A stretch of 64,000 bases of DNA from an uncultured Candidatus Saccharibacteria bacterium (lineage in GTDB: Bacteria; Patescibacteriota; Minisyncoccia; Phycocordibacterales; CSBR16-119): assembly GCA_964426385.1 (NCBI GenBank), contig CAYRQF010000005.1:11738-75737 (forward strand). Reading direction: 5' to 3'. Made by a program: the position numbers and the translations under genes. Position 1 is the first letter of the stretch, and every line of letters begins with the position of its first letter. Below, piece after piece: positions 52,852-60,964 of the stretch. The notes under the pieces are model-generated. The model worked only from the letters and a program-made list of their open reading frames with translations, was not told the origin of the DNA and ran no database searches.

Positions 52852-55707
52852 ATGAAATTCGAGTCGTTTTTCAGGCCAAAACCTAAGCAAGAGCTAGAAG
52901 AGCAGGTTCAAACAATCGAGGAAAAAAACAATATAAAACTCACTCACGAATCTATCAAAGATGAAGTGGGGTTATTGGAAGTTTCGGAATTAAAAGAAAA
53001 ATATAAGGTTCGTTATGATGCTTATCTTGAAATGTTGCGTGCCGAGCGGCAAGGAGCAGATCTTCAGGAGTCTGATTTTTACAAGGCAAAAGTTTTAATT
53101 AATGCCTTCAATAATCTTGATGATTATATTTTGGCGCAAGAACGAGGCGAGCACAGGGTGCTTCGTGGTCGCCAAATTCCAGTTTTTAATGAAATACGAG
53201 ATGCTCTTGAGCGTGGAGTCGATGCGGGGTATGTTCATTTACCAACCGGCGTGGGCAAAACCGTACTTTTCACACAGTTAATCGAGGCGACAAAATTGAG
53301 AACATTGATTGGGGTACCGAGTATTCCTCTGGTAAGAAATACAGTAGAAGAAATTGGGGAAAGGACAACTAGGTCATCTGGCGAATACACTAGGAAACAA
53401 AAAGATACGAGTCAAAATATCACAACCATTACATATAAGTCTTTAATAAATGCGGTACGGGAAGAAAAGATCACGAAGGAAGATTTTCCTTTAATTATTT
53501 TGGACGAAGCTCATAAGGCTCTTGGTCCTGAGACAGAAAAAGCAATAAACTCTCTTTCGGGTATAAAAATAGGTTTTACCGCAACACCCGAGTATTCCCC
53601 CGATCGCGGAGTGGGTGAATTGTTACCAGAAGAAATTTATACGATGACACTTCGTGAAGCGATTGAGGAAGGATTATCTTGTCGCACAAAAACTATACAT
53701 GCGTACACAAAAGTTGATATGTCGAGTGTCTCAATTCAAAATGGTAGATACAATGACGAAGAACTCGAGAAAGTGTTAAACGTAAAAGGTCGCAACATGG
53801 CTGCTCTTGAGCTGTATAAAAATAAATTTAGCCACTTAAAAGCTATGGTTAATTGTTCTGGCATTAAACATTCCAAAGCAGTTGCCGAATTGTTTCAAGA
53901 GCAGGGAATCAAAGCAGCGCATATTGATGGTACTATGAACGACAAAGAACGCGATGATATTATCGCAAAACTTGAAACAGGAGAAATAATGGTTGTTACA
54001 AATGCCAAACTTTTGTTAGAGGGATTTGATGAACAAAGTCTCGCCGTTGCACTTAACCTTAGTCCGACCCTTTCTTTTGTAAATGCGGAACAACGTGGAG
54101 GAAGACCGCTTCGAATAGAGGAGGGAAATTATGATAAATGGGCTTACGTTGTTGATTTTATTGATAAAAATGCAAAGAAAAATCAAATTTTGTTCTCTGA
54201 AATTTTAGAAGGCGATAAAATTACCCCTATCGAAGAAGAAAAAATTGAAGCTAGTGAGAAAAGAGAAATTGAAAATAAGGAACTAGAACGCGAACCACCG
54301 ATAAATTTTGATGATTTGAATATTGACGGACTCCGTGTTGTTGTTGATACAAAAGAAATTCTGGAAGTTACAAAACAGTTTGAGGAATCTCGAGAAATTA
54401 AAGAATGGAAATATAAATCTTTGCGTGAAGATGTTTTAGCAAAAGGCATTAATTCTGCTAGCGGTTATGCAAATAATTCATCAAAATATGGTTGGCCTGT
54501 TCCAAGAACCCTACACCGTATGCCTGAATTTCCAAAGAATCCAGACGGTTCAAATGATTGGGATACTTTTTTTGACAGGGAAAAACGCAAGGAATGGACT
54601 TATGAAACTTTAAGGGAGGATCTTTTAGCAAAAGAGATAAAATCTTCAAGAGACTATGAAAAGAAGCAAAAAGATAATCAATGGCCAGTTAGCGGAACCC
54701 TAACTAGTATGCCTGAATTTCCAAAGAATCCAGATGGTTCAAATGATTGGGATACTTTTCTGGTTAGGGAAAAGAAGAAATGGCAGACGTACTCAGAACT
54801 TAGAGAAGAAATTGTGTCAAAAGGGATAACCTCATCGGTAAAGTATGCGAATGCTGCAAGGATAAATAAATGGCCAGCACCATTAACGCTCACTAGTATG
54901 CCTGAATTTCCAAAGAATCCAGATGGTTCAAATGATTGGGATACTTTTCTAGGACGTGAAAAGTTTGATTTCAGTAAATTTAGAGAAGAGGTGTTGGCAA
55001 AAGGAATCAGATCGACAAATGAATATAGAGAATTTGCAGTAGCTAATAGCTGGCTGAATCCCCTCGCACTTACCAATAAACCCGAATTTCCAAAGAATCC
55101 AGATGGTTCAAATGATTGGGATACTTTTCTAGGACGTGAAAAGCGAAAAGAATGGACTTATGAGAGTTTAAGGAAAGATATTTTATCTAAAAATATTAAA
55201 TCATCAAAAGATTTTTCAGAAAACAGAGAGTACGGGTGGCCATCCCATAACATACTCACCAATATGCCTGAATTTCCAAAGAATCCAGATGGTTCAAATG
55301 ACTGGAGAACTTTTCTAGGACGTGAAAAGCGAAAAGAATGGACTTATGAGACTTTGCGTCAAGATGTTATGGCAAAAGGTGTTAAGTCTACCAGTGAATA
55401 TGTAATTAAGCGCAAAGATAACGAATGGTTGGATAGTGAAACACTTACCAATAAACCCGAATTTCCAAAGAATCCAGATGGTTCAAATGATTGGGATACT
55501 TTTCTAGGACGTGAAAAGCGAAAAGAATGGACTTATGAGAGTTTAAGAGATGATGTGAGAAAAAAAGGAATTAAGTCTGCAAGTGAATATAAAAAATATA
55601 GAAAAATTAATCAATGGCCAGACCCGGGCCGCACACTTAGGAATTTTATAGGCACCCCTTTGACGCTAGATGGTTCAGTAGATTGGTCTATATTTTTAGG
55701 CCTTTGA
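52852..55707 (+). CDS. SF2 (DEAH-type) helicase, aa 1-480, fused to seven tandem ~62-aa repeats of unknown function
   Basis: Motif I LPTGVGKT, II ILDEAHKA, III TATPEYS, VI QRGGRPLR. Repeat unit: W(T)YExLRxDxLAKGIKS…Y…WP…LTNMPEFPKNPDGSNDWDTFLGREKRKE. Confidence 0.8.
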   Translation: MKFESFFRPKPKQELEEQVQTIEEKNNIKLTHESIKDEVGLLEVSELKEKYKVRYDAYLEMLRAERQGADLQESDFYKAKVLINAFNNLDDYILAQERGEHRVLRGRQIPVFNEIRDALERGVDAGYVHLPTGVGKTVLFTQLIEATKLRTLIGVPSIPLVRNTVEEIGERTTRSSGEYTRKQKDTSQNITTITYKSLINAVREEKITKEDFPLIILDEAHKALGPETEKAINSLSGIKIGFTATPEYSPDRGVGELLPEEIYTMTLREAIEEGLSCRTKTIHAYTKVDMSSVSIQNGRYNDEELEKVLNVKGRNMAALELYKNKFSHLKAMVNCSGIKHSKAVAELFQEQGIKAAHIDGTMNDKERDDIIAKLETGEIMVVTNAKLLLEGFDEQSLAVALNLSPTLSFVNAEQRGGRPLRIEEGNYDKWAYVVDFIDKNAKKNQILFSEILEGDKITPIEEEKIEASEKREIENKELEREPPINFDDLNIDGLRVVVDTKEILEVTKQFEESREIKEWKYKSLREDVLAKGINSASGYANNSSKYGWPVPRTLHRMPEFPKNPDGSNDWDTFFDREKRKEWTYETLREDLLAKEIKSSRDYEKKQKDNQWPVSGTLTSMPEFPKNPDGSNDWDTFLVREKKKWQTYSELREEIVSKGITSSVKYANAARINKWPAPLTLTSMPEFPKNPDGSNDWDTFLGREKFDFSKFREEVLAKGIRSTNEYREFAVANSWLNPLALTNKPEFPKNPDGSNDWDTFLGREKRKEWTYESLRKDILSKNIKSSKDFSENREYGWPSHNILTNMPEFPKNPDGSNDWRTFLGREKRKEWTYETLRQDVMAKGVKSTSEYVIKRKDNEWLDSETLTNKPEFPKNPDGSNDWDTFLGREKRKEWTYESLRDDVRKKGIKSASEYKKYRKINQWPDPGRTLRNFIGTPLTLDGSVDWSIFLGL
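54409..55704 (+). repeat. In-frame tandem DNA repeats (~186-bp period, 7 copies, blocks of ~90 nt near-identical) encoding the C-terminal repeats of the helicase
   Basis: atgcctgaatttccaaagaatccagatggttcaaatgattgggatacttttctaggacgtgaaaag recurs at about 54521, 54708, 54898, 55078, 55266 and 55456. Confidence 0.8.
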
Positions 55708-55804
55708 TCCAAACCTGTTACTCAATTGTTTGTTTCAGCTTTAAAATGATATAATGAATTACAAGGACTTCGTGATTATTAGTAATAATTTATTTCATAA
55801 TAAT

Positions 55805-56050
55805 ATGAAAAAACTCGCAATGGTTTTGGTAGGGATCGGAGCATTGAATTGGGGACTAGTAGGACTCGGTTACTTCCTAGAAACGAATCTAAACGTAGTT
55901 AACCTACTCCTAGGCTCTATGCCTACTGTTGAGAATATTGTTTATATTCTCGTTGGCCTCTCCGTCATCAAATTCTTCTGGTGCAAGTGTGCCGGATGCA
56001 AGGGGGTCTGCTCTACATGCAGTTGCCACCCTGGAAACGCCCCTAGGTAG
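55805..56050 (+). CDS. DUF378-family small membrane protein with a Cys-rich C-terminal tail
   Basis: VLVGIGALNWGLVGL…NIVYILVGLS (DUF378 pattern), then CKCAGCKGVCSTCSCHPG. Start trimmed to MKKLAMV. Confidence 0.55.
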   Translation: MKKLAMVLVGIGALNWGLVGLGYFLETNLNVVNLLLGSMPTVENIVYILVGLSVIKFFWCKCAGCKGVCSTCSCHPGNAPR

Positions 56051-56067
56051 TTATACGCAGTCTTGCG

Positions 56068-56106
56068 AACCCCCGGCCGGCCACGTAGGCCCGGCCGGGG
56101 GTTTCG
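56068..56106 (+). terminator. GC-rich hairpin terminator (aacccccggccggcc-acgtag-gcccggccgggggttt)
   Basis: 15-bp stem with one bulge, plus a T-run. Confidence 0.55.
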
Positions 56107-56127
56107 TATTGCCAAAATGACCTAAAA

Positions 56128-57387
56128 ATGGTACATTTTGACCACCAGATGCACCAGATATCCTCAATAATCCTATATATATTGGCCTTTATCTCGACCT
56201 ACGTGCAGGTCGTCTTTCTCATTACATTTCTGGAGAAAAGGAAGGAAATCAAGAAGCGAGAGGGTATAACTGAGCTCCGATCCTTCCCAGGGGTCACTAT
56301 TATGGTTCCAGCTTGGAATGAAGAGACGACTCTGCGTGGAACCGTTGAATCTCTTCTTGCCCTTGATTATCCAGCTGATAAATTGAGTATCTTCCTCGTT
56401 GACGATGGCTCTACTGACGGCACATGGAAGATAATGCAGGAATTCAACACGCACCCACAGATAAAACTTATAACCAAAGAGAACGGAGGTAAGCATACTG
56501 CTGTAAATCTAGGACTCGAACAGGCTACGACACCGTTCGTTGGCTGTCTCGACTCCGATTCGTTCGTAGACGCTCAGGCACTCCGACGTATCATGACGTA
56601 TTTTGAGAAAGATTCTAGAACTATGGCAGTGTGTCCATCGATTATCGTCAACAAGCCAAAGGGTATGATGCAGATCATCCAACGTGTTGAATATGATTGG
56701 GCAGTTTTTCGTAAGAAAATTCTCGGGATTCTAAATGCGAACTATGTTACCCCTGGCCCATTTTCTATATACAAAAAAGAAGTCTTTGAAAAGATCGGTT
56801 ATTTCCGTGCCGCTCATAACACAGAGGATATGGAGATAGCGTTCCGTATGCAGTCTAACCATATGAAGATAGAGCAGTGTGAGGATGCATTCGTTTATAC
56901 GACAGTCCCTGATACGGTCAAAAAACTCTACAAACAGAGACTCCGATGGATCTATGGTTTCATCATGAACGCTTGGGATTATAGGGGTATCATGTTCAAG
57001 AAAAAGTACGGAGCATTCTCAATGTTTTCTGTACCAGCTGGCGTCATATCGATAGTCGCAGCGCCGTATCTTTTGTCACTTTTTGTTTTTAATACAGCCG
57101 TGGCTGCGAGTAAAAACATTGAGCGTATTTCTGCGACCGGATTTGATTTTGGATTGGGAGGCTTTGATGCGTTCTATGTCTCAACCAGTAGCAACACTTT
57201 TGTACTCATTTTCATGTATGCAATCCTAGTCATCGCCATGATAATCGGTAGGAAGATGGTTACAGGACGATATGGTCTAGATCGTTATACTATCCCATTC
57301 ATGATAATATTCTCGGCTGTTGCGCCGTTCTGGATCATGAAGGCGATTTATAATTCGATAACCAGAAAGGCAGTTGCCTGGAGATAA
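56128..57387 (+). CDS. Processive family-2 glycosyltransferase (PgaC/IcaA/NodC/cellulose-synthase-like)
   Basis: D, DxD, D and QRLRW motifs (VPAWNEE…DDGSTDGT…DSDS…QRLRWIYG). N- and C-terminal TM helices. Confidence 0.75.
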   Translation: MVHFDHQMHQISSIILYILAFISTYVQVVFLITFLEKRKEIKKREGITELRSFPGVTIMVPAWNEETTLRGTVESLLALDYPADKLSIFLVDDGSTDGTWKIMQEFNTHPQIKLITKENGGKHTAVNLGLEQATTPFVGCLDSDSFVDAQALRRIMTYFEKDSRTMAVCPSIIVNKPKGMMQIIQRVEYDWAVFRKKILGILNANYVTPGPFSIYKKEVFEKIGYFRAAHNTEDMEIAFRMQSNHMKIEQCEDAFVYTTVPDTVKKLYKQRLRWIYGFIMNAWDYRGIMFKKKYGAFSMFSVPAGVISIVAAPYLLSLFVFNTAVAASKNIERISATGFDFGLGGFDAFYVSTSSNTFVLIFMYAILVIAMIIGRKMVTGRYGLDRYTIPFMIIFSAVAPFWIMKAIYNSITRKAVAWR

Positions 57388-57397
57388 TTAATTATAT

Positions 57398-58159
57398 ATG
57401 GATAATACACAAAATACTGACTGGAAGAGGTATGTTGTCGCGTTTTTTATCACGGCATTAGTTTTCGCATCTGCTTTTTATCTTTCGAATTTCTTCAATG
57501 AGAAAAAGATAGAAGAGATCCGAAGTATCGAGAGTAGTATCGGGATAGATATACTCTCATCAGAAACCCAGTTTGATCTACTAGAGGAATTGTCATGCGG
57601 TAATGTGAATGACTCGATACTTTCTCAGCAACTGAACGAGCTAGCTTCGAAGATTGAGTTCTCCGAAGAGCAGGGTATAGGCTCGGATGAAGACAGAGCA
57701 AGTCTCCGTAAGTATTATTCGCTTTTTCAGATCAAGGACTATCTCTTGATGAAAAAGGCCGAAGACAAGTGTGGTCTCAAGACTACAAACATCATCTACT
57801 TCTACTCGAATGCAGTGGACTGTGATGACTGTGAAAAACAGGGTTATATTCTTACTGATATTCGCCAGGACTATCCTGATGTTCGTGTTTATGCTTTCGA
57901 CTATAACCTAGATCTATCCGCACTAAAGGCTCTCATTAGTATATACAAGGTGTATGACAGTGCACGCCTTCCAGCGCTTATAATCAACGGGGAAGTTTAC
58001 TACGGATTGCAAGAGTTCGAGGATATCCAGGCTATCGTACCGGACGTGTTCGTGGTTGCCGAAGAAGACGCCGAGAAGTCTCTCATGGACGAGGATGGGA
58101 CATCCACAGAGTCAGCAGATAATGATGAGGACATAGATAGTGAACCAGTAGCAAATTAA
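57398..58159 (+). CDS. Membrane-anchored thioredoxin-fold protein (CDDC CxxC motif) with an acidic C-terminal tail
   Basis: N-terminal TM. IIYFYSNAVDCDDCEKQGYIL…VRVYAFDYNLD…LPALIINGEVY matches a Trx-like beta-alpha-beta arrangement with CxxC. Confidence 0.45.
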   Translation: MDNTQNTDWKRYVVAFFITALVFASAFYLSNFFNEKKIEEIRSIESSIGIDILSSETQFDLLEELSCGNVNDSILSQQLNELASKIEFSEEQGIGSDEDRASLRKYYSLFQIKDYLLMKKAEDKCGLKTTNIIYFYSNAVDCDDCEKQGYILTDIRQDYPDVRVYAFDYNLDLSALKALISIYKVYDSARLPALIINGEVYYGLQEFEDIQAIVPDVFVVAEEDAEKSLMDEDGTSTESADNDEDIDSEPVAN

Positions 58160-58163
58160 CCCA

Positions 58164-58529
58164 ATGATAAAGCCGAAGAAAAAGAGTCCTGTGCTCGCAC
58201 GCGGAGTAAAAAATTATCTCATAGACATCGACGGGACTATTACTGACGATGTACCGAACGAAGAGCCTAAAAGAATGGTCACATGTCTGCCGTATCCCGG
58301 AGCTCTAGAATACATCACAAAACTTTATAATGCCGGACACATCATCACCTTCTTCACTTCTCGTACGACTCGGGAGCATAGGAAGATAACTGAAACCTGG
58401 CTCCGCAAGCATGGCTTCAAATACCATGCGCTCCTCATGGATAAGCCTCGTGGAGGAAACTATCACTGGATAGATAATCATCCGATCAAAACCACTCTAT
58501 TCAAAAAAAGCTGGAAGGGGGTTAGATAA
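58164..58529 (+). CDS. Small HAD-superfamily phosphatase-like protein
   Basis: Motif I LIDIDGTITDD (DxDGT); 121 aa. Confidence 0.55.
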   Translation: MIKPKKKSPVLARGVKNYLIDIDGTITDDVPNEEPKRMVTCLPYPGALEYITKLYNAGHIITFFTSRTTREHRKITETWLRKHGFKYHALLMDKPRGGNYHWIDNHPIKTTLFKKSWKGVR

Positions 58530-58531
58530 GA

Positions 58532-58557
58532 CAAAGGCGCTCCGAGGAGCGCCTTTG
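58532..58557 (+). terminator. Intrinsic terminator (caaaggcgctc-cgag-gagcgcctttg)
   Basis: Perfect 11-bp stem after stop 58529. Confidence 0.55.
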
Positions 58558-58576
58558 TGTCAAAACGTTACATTGC

Positions 58577-58852
58577 TCAATGTCCGTAGCCATGATCAGC
58601 TGGAGTTGTCTGGCTAACAATTCTCGCGATCTTGCCGGCGACTATCTCGCCGAGAAGTTCCTTGGCACCAACTCTGTGTCGCGCACCATCTACCTCAACG
58701 AAGAATTGTTGTCCGTTTCTCGTCACATCAAAGCACTTACCAGCTTCGATTTTGAAGCGGATTTTTCGAAGACTTGCAAACCTCGGGTTCTTGCACGGTC
58801 TGCTGAAAATGACCTTTGTGACGGCGGAGAGACTTGTCTTGGGCGTGTTCAT
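58577..58852 (-). CDS. Small hypothetical protein (91 aa from Met MNTPKTSL…)
   Basis: Protein-like composition. The ORF-track start (GTG, MFFV…) lies inside the conserved upstream hairpin and is an artefact shared with the next gene. Confidence 0.45.
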   Translation of the reverse strand: MNTPKTSLSAVTKVIFSRPCKNPRFASLRKIRFKIEAGKCFDVTRNGQQFFVEVDGARHRVGAKELLGEIVAGKIARIVSQTTPADHGYGH

Positions 58853-58985
58853 GATTTGTTTGGTTTTGACGGTTTCAAAAGAGCTAACGAAAAACACCAG
58901 CTCGTAGGCTGGTGTTTTTCCTAGTTCGTTTATTATTTAACGAGAAGAAGCACCAACCTGCGAGCTGGTGAAATGATGGTTAAAA
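58853..58985 (-). promoter_or_regulatory. Copy 1 of a conserved ~135-nt structured leader (upstream hairpin B, terminator-like hairpin A, conserved 40-nt spacer to the ATG)
   Basis: Hairpin A gaaaaacaccagc-tcgtag-gctggtgtttttc (58889-58921). Hairpin B caccaac-ctgcgag-ctggtg (58952-58971). About 80% identical to 59312-59450. Confidence 0.55.
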
Positions 58986-59046
58986 TTCGCGCTTCTTTTT
59001 TGCATGGGTTGAATATTACACCTAGAAAATAATTTGTCAAATTAGA

Positions 59047-59072
59047 AGTGGGCGGCCCAAGGGCCGCCCACT
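59047..59072 (-). terminator. Intrinsic terminator (agtgggcggcc-caag-ggccgcccact)
   Basis: Perfect 11-bp stem just downstream of stop 59081 on the minus strand. Confidence 0.55.
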
Positions 59073-59080
59073 AAATACCG

Positions 59081-59311
59081 TCAAAAACGTTCATCGCATT
59101 TTACACATTTCCTACCGCCCGTTACACCCCAATGGCCCATCGATTTTTCTCCTTGGTGCTGACCACCTTTGGGGCAGGGATCCTGTAATGGTTCGGGTTT
59201 ATAGCCACTCTCCTCCTGACCACATTTGATGCAGTGCAGGCCTCCCCAGAATCCAGTTAGTTGCTCTAGGTCGTGTTCGCCTCCTTTTGGGCAAGAATTC
59301 TTGTTCGCCAT
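59081..59311 (-). CDS. Small Cys/His-rich protein (76 aa) with two tandem zinc-ribbon-like motifs
   Basis: MANKNSCPKGGEHDLEQLTGFWGGLHCIKCGQE… then …CPKGGQHQGEKSMGHWGVTGGRKCVKCDE: 2 x (C-x4-H-x~13-C-x2-C). Start trimmed from the MFFV… artefact. Confidence 0.5.
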   Translation of the reverse strand: MANKNSCPKGGEHDLEQLTGFWGGLHCIKCGQEESGYKPEPLQDPCPKGGQHQGEKSMGHWGVTGGRKCVKCDERF

Positions 59312-59450
59312 GGCTTTGGTTTTTGAAGGTTTCAAAAGAACGAAAAACACCAGCTCTTGCGAGCTGGTGTTTTTCCTAATTTCTTTTATTTAGAGTCTAA
59401 ATGAGAAGAAACACCAACGCGCAAGTTGCTGGTGCTAAAGTAGAACTGAT
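59312..59450 (-). promoter_or_regulatory. Copy 2 of the conserved structured leader
   Basis: Hairpin A gaaaaacaccagctc-ttgcg-agctggtgtttttc (59345-59380). Hairpin B caccaac-gcgcaag-ttgctggtg. Outer stem aatgagaag…cttctcatt. Confidence 0.55.
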
Positions 59451-59566
59451 TTTTACTTCTCATTAACATAATTAGAATATTATTCTTATTTAAAATTTTG
59501 TCAATTCCGCTATTTGACCAAATAGGGGATTTATGATAAAAATGCGGAAACGAAAACCGACCAACC

Positions 59567-60190
59567 ATGTCACAGCAGAAGCCACTGATCATTGTGCTGG
59601 GACCTTCTGGTTCTGGCAAAAACAACATTATTCGTCGAATATTGGCCTCACCACTTTTCACAGGGATTTTTCTTCCAACTACCTCAGTCACGTCTCGACC
59701 GATGAGGGTCACAGAAACAGAGGGGAAGGAGTATTTCTTCAGAACGCTCCCACAGTTCCTCCAAATGGTTGATGAGGGCAGGTTCTTGGAACACCAGAAC
59801 GTCTATCCTGATACGACCATGGAACCACGTCTCTACGGCACTTTGTGGTCAGAGATCGATAGGGTTGAGAAAGTGGAGGACAAGATCCCTATGCTTGAGG
59901 TCGATTTGCACGGTGGTGTGCGAGTCCGAGAGGTCTATGGAGACCGGGTTAAACTGATCTTCATTATGCCAAGAAGCATTGAAGACCTGGTTGAGCAGAT
60001 CAAGGCTCGTGATCCTAGTCTTCCACCAGATCTTGAAGCACGAATGATCAGAGCCAAGCAGGAGATGGAAGAAGCCCATGACGTGTGCGACTACATCGTC
60101 CACAATCATCCTCCCACGATAGAGCCAGCTGCCGCGAAGGTTGAACAGATCATTCATGAAATTCTTCTACAGCACCAGGTTTTGGTGTGA
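59567..60190 (+). CDS. gmk: Guanylate-kinase-like protein with an atypical P-loop (GPSGSGKN)
   Basis: LIIVLGPSGSGKNNI…SVTSRPMRVTETEGKEYFF…LYGTL… matches the Gmk fold and arginine positions. N replaces S/T in Walker A. Confidence 0.55.
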   Translation: MSQQKPLIIVLGPSGSGKNNIIRRILASPLFTGIFLPTTSVTSRPMRVTETEGKEYFFRTLPQFLQMVDEGRFLEHQNVYPDTTMEPRLYGTLWSEIDRVEKVEDKIPMLEVDLHGGVRVREVYGDRVKLIFIMPRSIEDLVEQIKARDPSLPPDLEARMIRAKQEMEEAHDVCDYIVHNHPPTIEPAAAKVEQIIHEILLQHQVLV

Positions 60191-60212
60191 GTAGTACAAA
60201 TGCGTTACGTCA

Positions 60213-60235
60213 TCCCCGGTTTTCCCGGGGATTTC
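60213..60235 (+). terminator. Intrinsic terminator (atccccgg-ttttc-ccggggat)
   Basis: 8-bp GC stem followed by ttcgcatttt. Confidence 0.5.
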
Positions 60236-60296
60236 GCATTTTAGTTATCCACTTTGGGGTCTTGGACGATTGCATGGATATTTTGTATAAATAGTT

Positions 60297-60857
60297 ATGG
60301 ACTCATTGTCACTCACCACAACCACCCAACACTTCACCGCCATGAAGAACCCCAATCTGTCTTTTCTGATCATCTCTGGTCCTCGAGGAACGAATAAGAG
60401 CGCAGTGGCCGATCATCTCACGCGGCGCTTTTCCCATCGGCTCGTTCCTGTTACCAGCATTGTTCTCGGTACCGCGGATAAGCCGGTTCCGAAGTACCCA
60501 CACTTGGTAGCTGTTACTCCCGAGCAGTATGAGATCGAAGAGCATACACTCGTAACCCGGGATGAGATCGATGGTGTCAAATACGGCACTACCTCTGAGG
60601 CGCTCATTTGGGCGAGACAACAGGGTAAGATCCCCGTGTTTCGGCTTCGACCGGAAAAGGCTGCAGAGATGCAACGGCAATATGGAGCTTTGGTTCATAT
60701 CATCGAGATCGATAACGGCGATCATTCGTCGACTGATCCGATTATGAGCTTCAGTTTCGCCGGTCAAGTCAAGAATGTCTACAGGGCGCGAGTAATCGAC
60801 GGAATGATGTATGAAGTCGATCGGGTGGCTGCGGAAGTACTCGAAGCCATCGGATGA
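60297..60857 (+). CDS. Second guanylate-kinase-like protein, degenerate (P-loop GPRGTNKS; the TTRxxR motif is absent)
   Basis: LIISGPRGTNKSAVADHL…YGTTSEAL… shows the GK fold pattern but lacks the substrate-binding arginines. Confidence 0.4.
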   Translation: MDSLSLTTTTQHFTAMKNPNLSFLIISGPRGTNKSAVADHLTRRFSHRLVPVTSIVLGTADKPVPKYPHLVAVTPEQYEIEEHTLVTRDEIDGVKYGTTSEALIWARQQGKIPVFRLRPEKAAEMQRQYGALVHIIEIDNGDHSSTDPIMSFSFAGQVKNVYRARVIDGMMYEVDRVAAEVLEAIG

Positions 60858-60875
60858 TCCCTGTGATCGCCAATG

Positions 60876-60901
60876 GAAGCTCCCAAGTTTGGGGGCTTCC
60901 G
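60876..60901 (+). terminator. Hairpin terminator (ggaagctccca-agtt-tgggggcttcc)
   Basis: 10/11-bp stem after stop 60857. Confidence 0.45.
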
Positions 60902-60926
60902 CTATTTAAATAAAATAAAATAAGGA

Positions 60927-60947
60927 GGTTTGAGTCCTCTCCCCGGC
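60927..60947 (+). repeat. 21-nt fragment matching the 3' end (T-arm plus acceptor) of tRNA-Thr, in inverted orientation relative to the intact gene 55 bp away
   Basis: ggtttgagtcctctccccggc versus the tRNA 3' end GGTTCGAGTCCTCTCCCCGGC: 20/21 identical. Confidence 0.6.
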
Positions 60948-60964
60948 AACTAAAGATAAAAGAA

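Noticed and set aside
54409-55704. Possibility that the ~186-bp tandem repeats are a CRISPR array
   Set aside because: The repeats are in-frame and coding, continuous with the helicase ORF, about 186 bp long and without unique spacers. They are protein-coding tandem repeats.
58580-58924. Plus-strand ORFs 58580..58924 and 58632..58907, and the MFFV… GTG starts of both minus-strand ORFs
   Set aside because: The plus ORFs are antisense to the 91-aa gene and run through the conserved hairpin. The shared MFFV N-termini are produced by translating the conserved hairpin (GTGTTTTTCGTT), so the true starts are the downstream ATGs.
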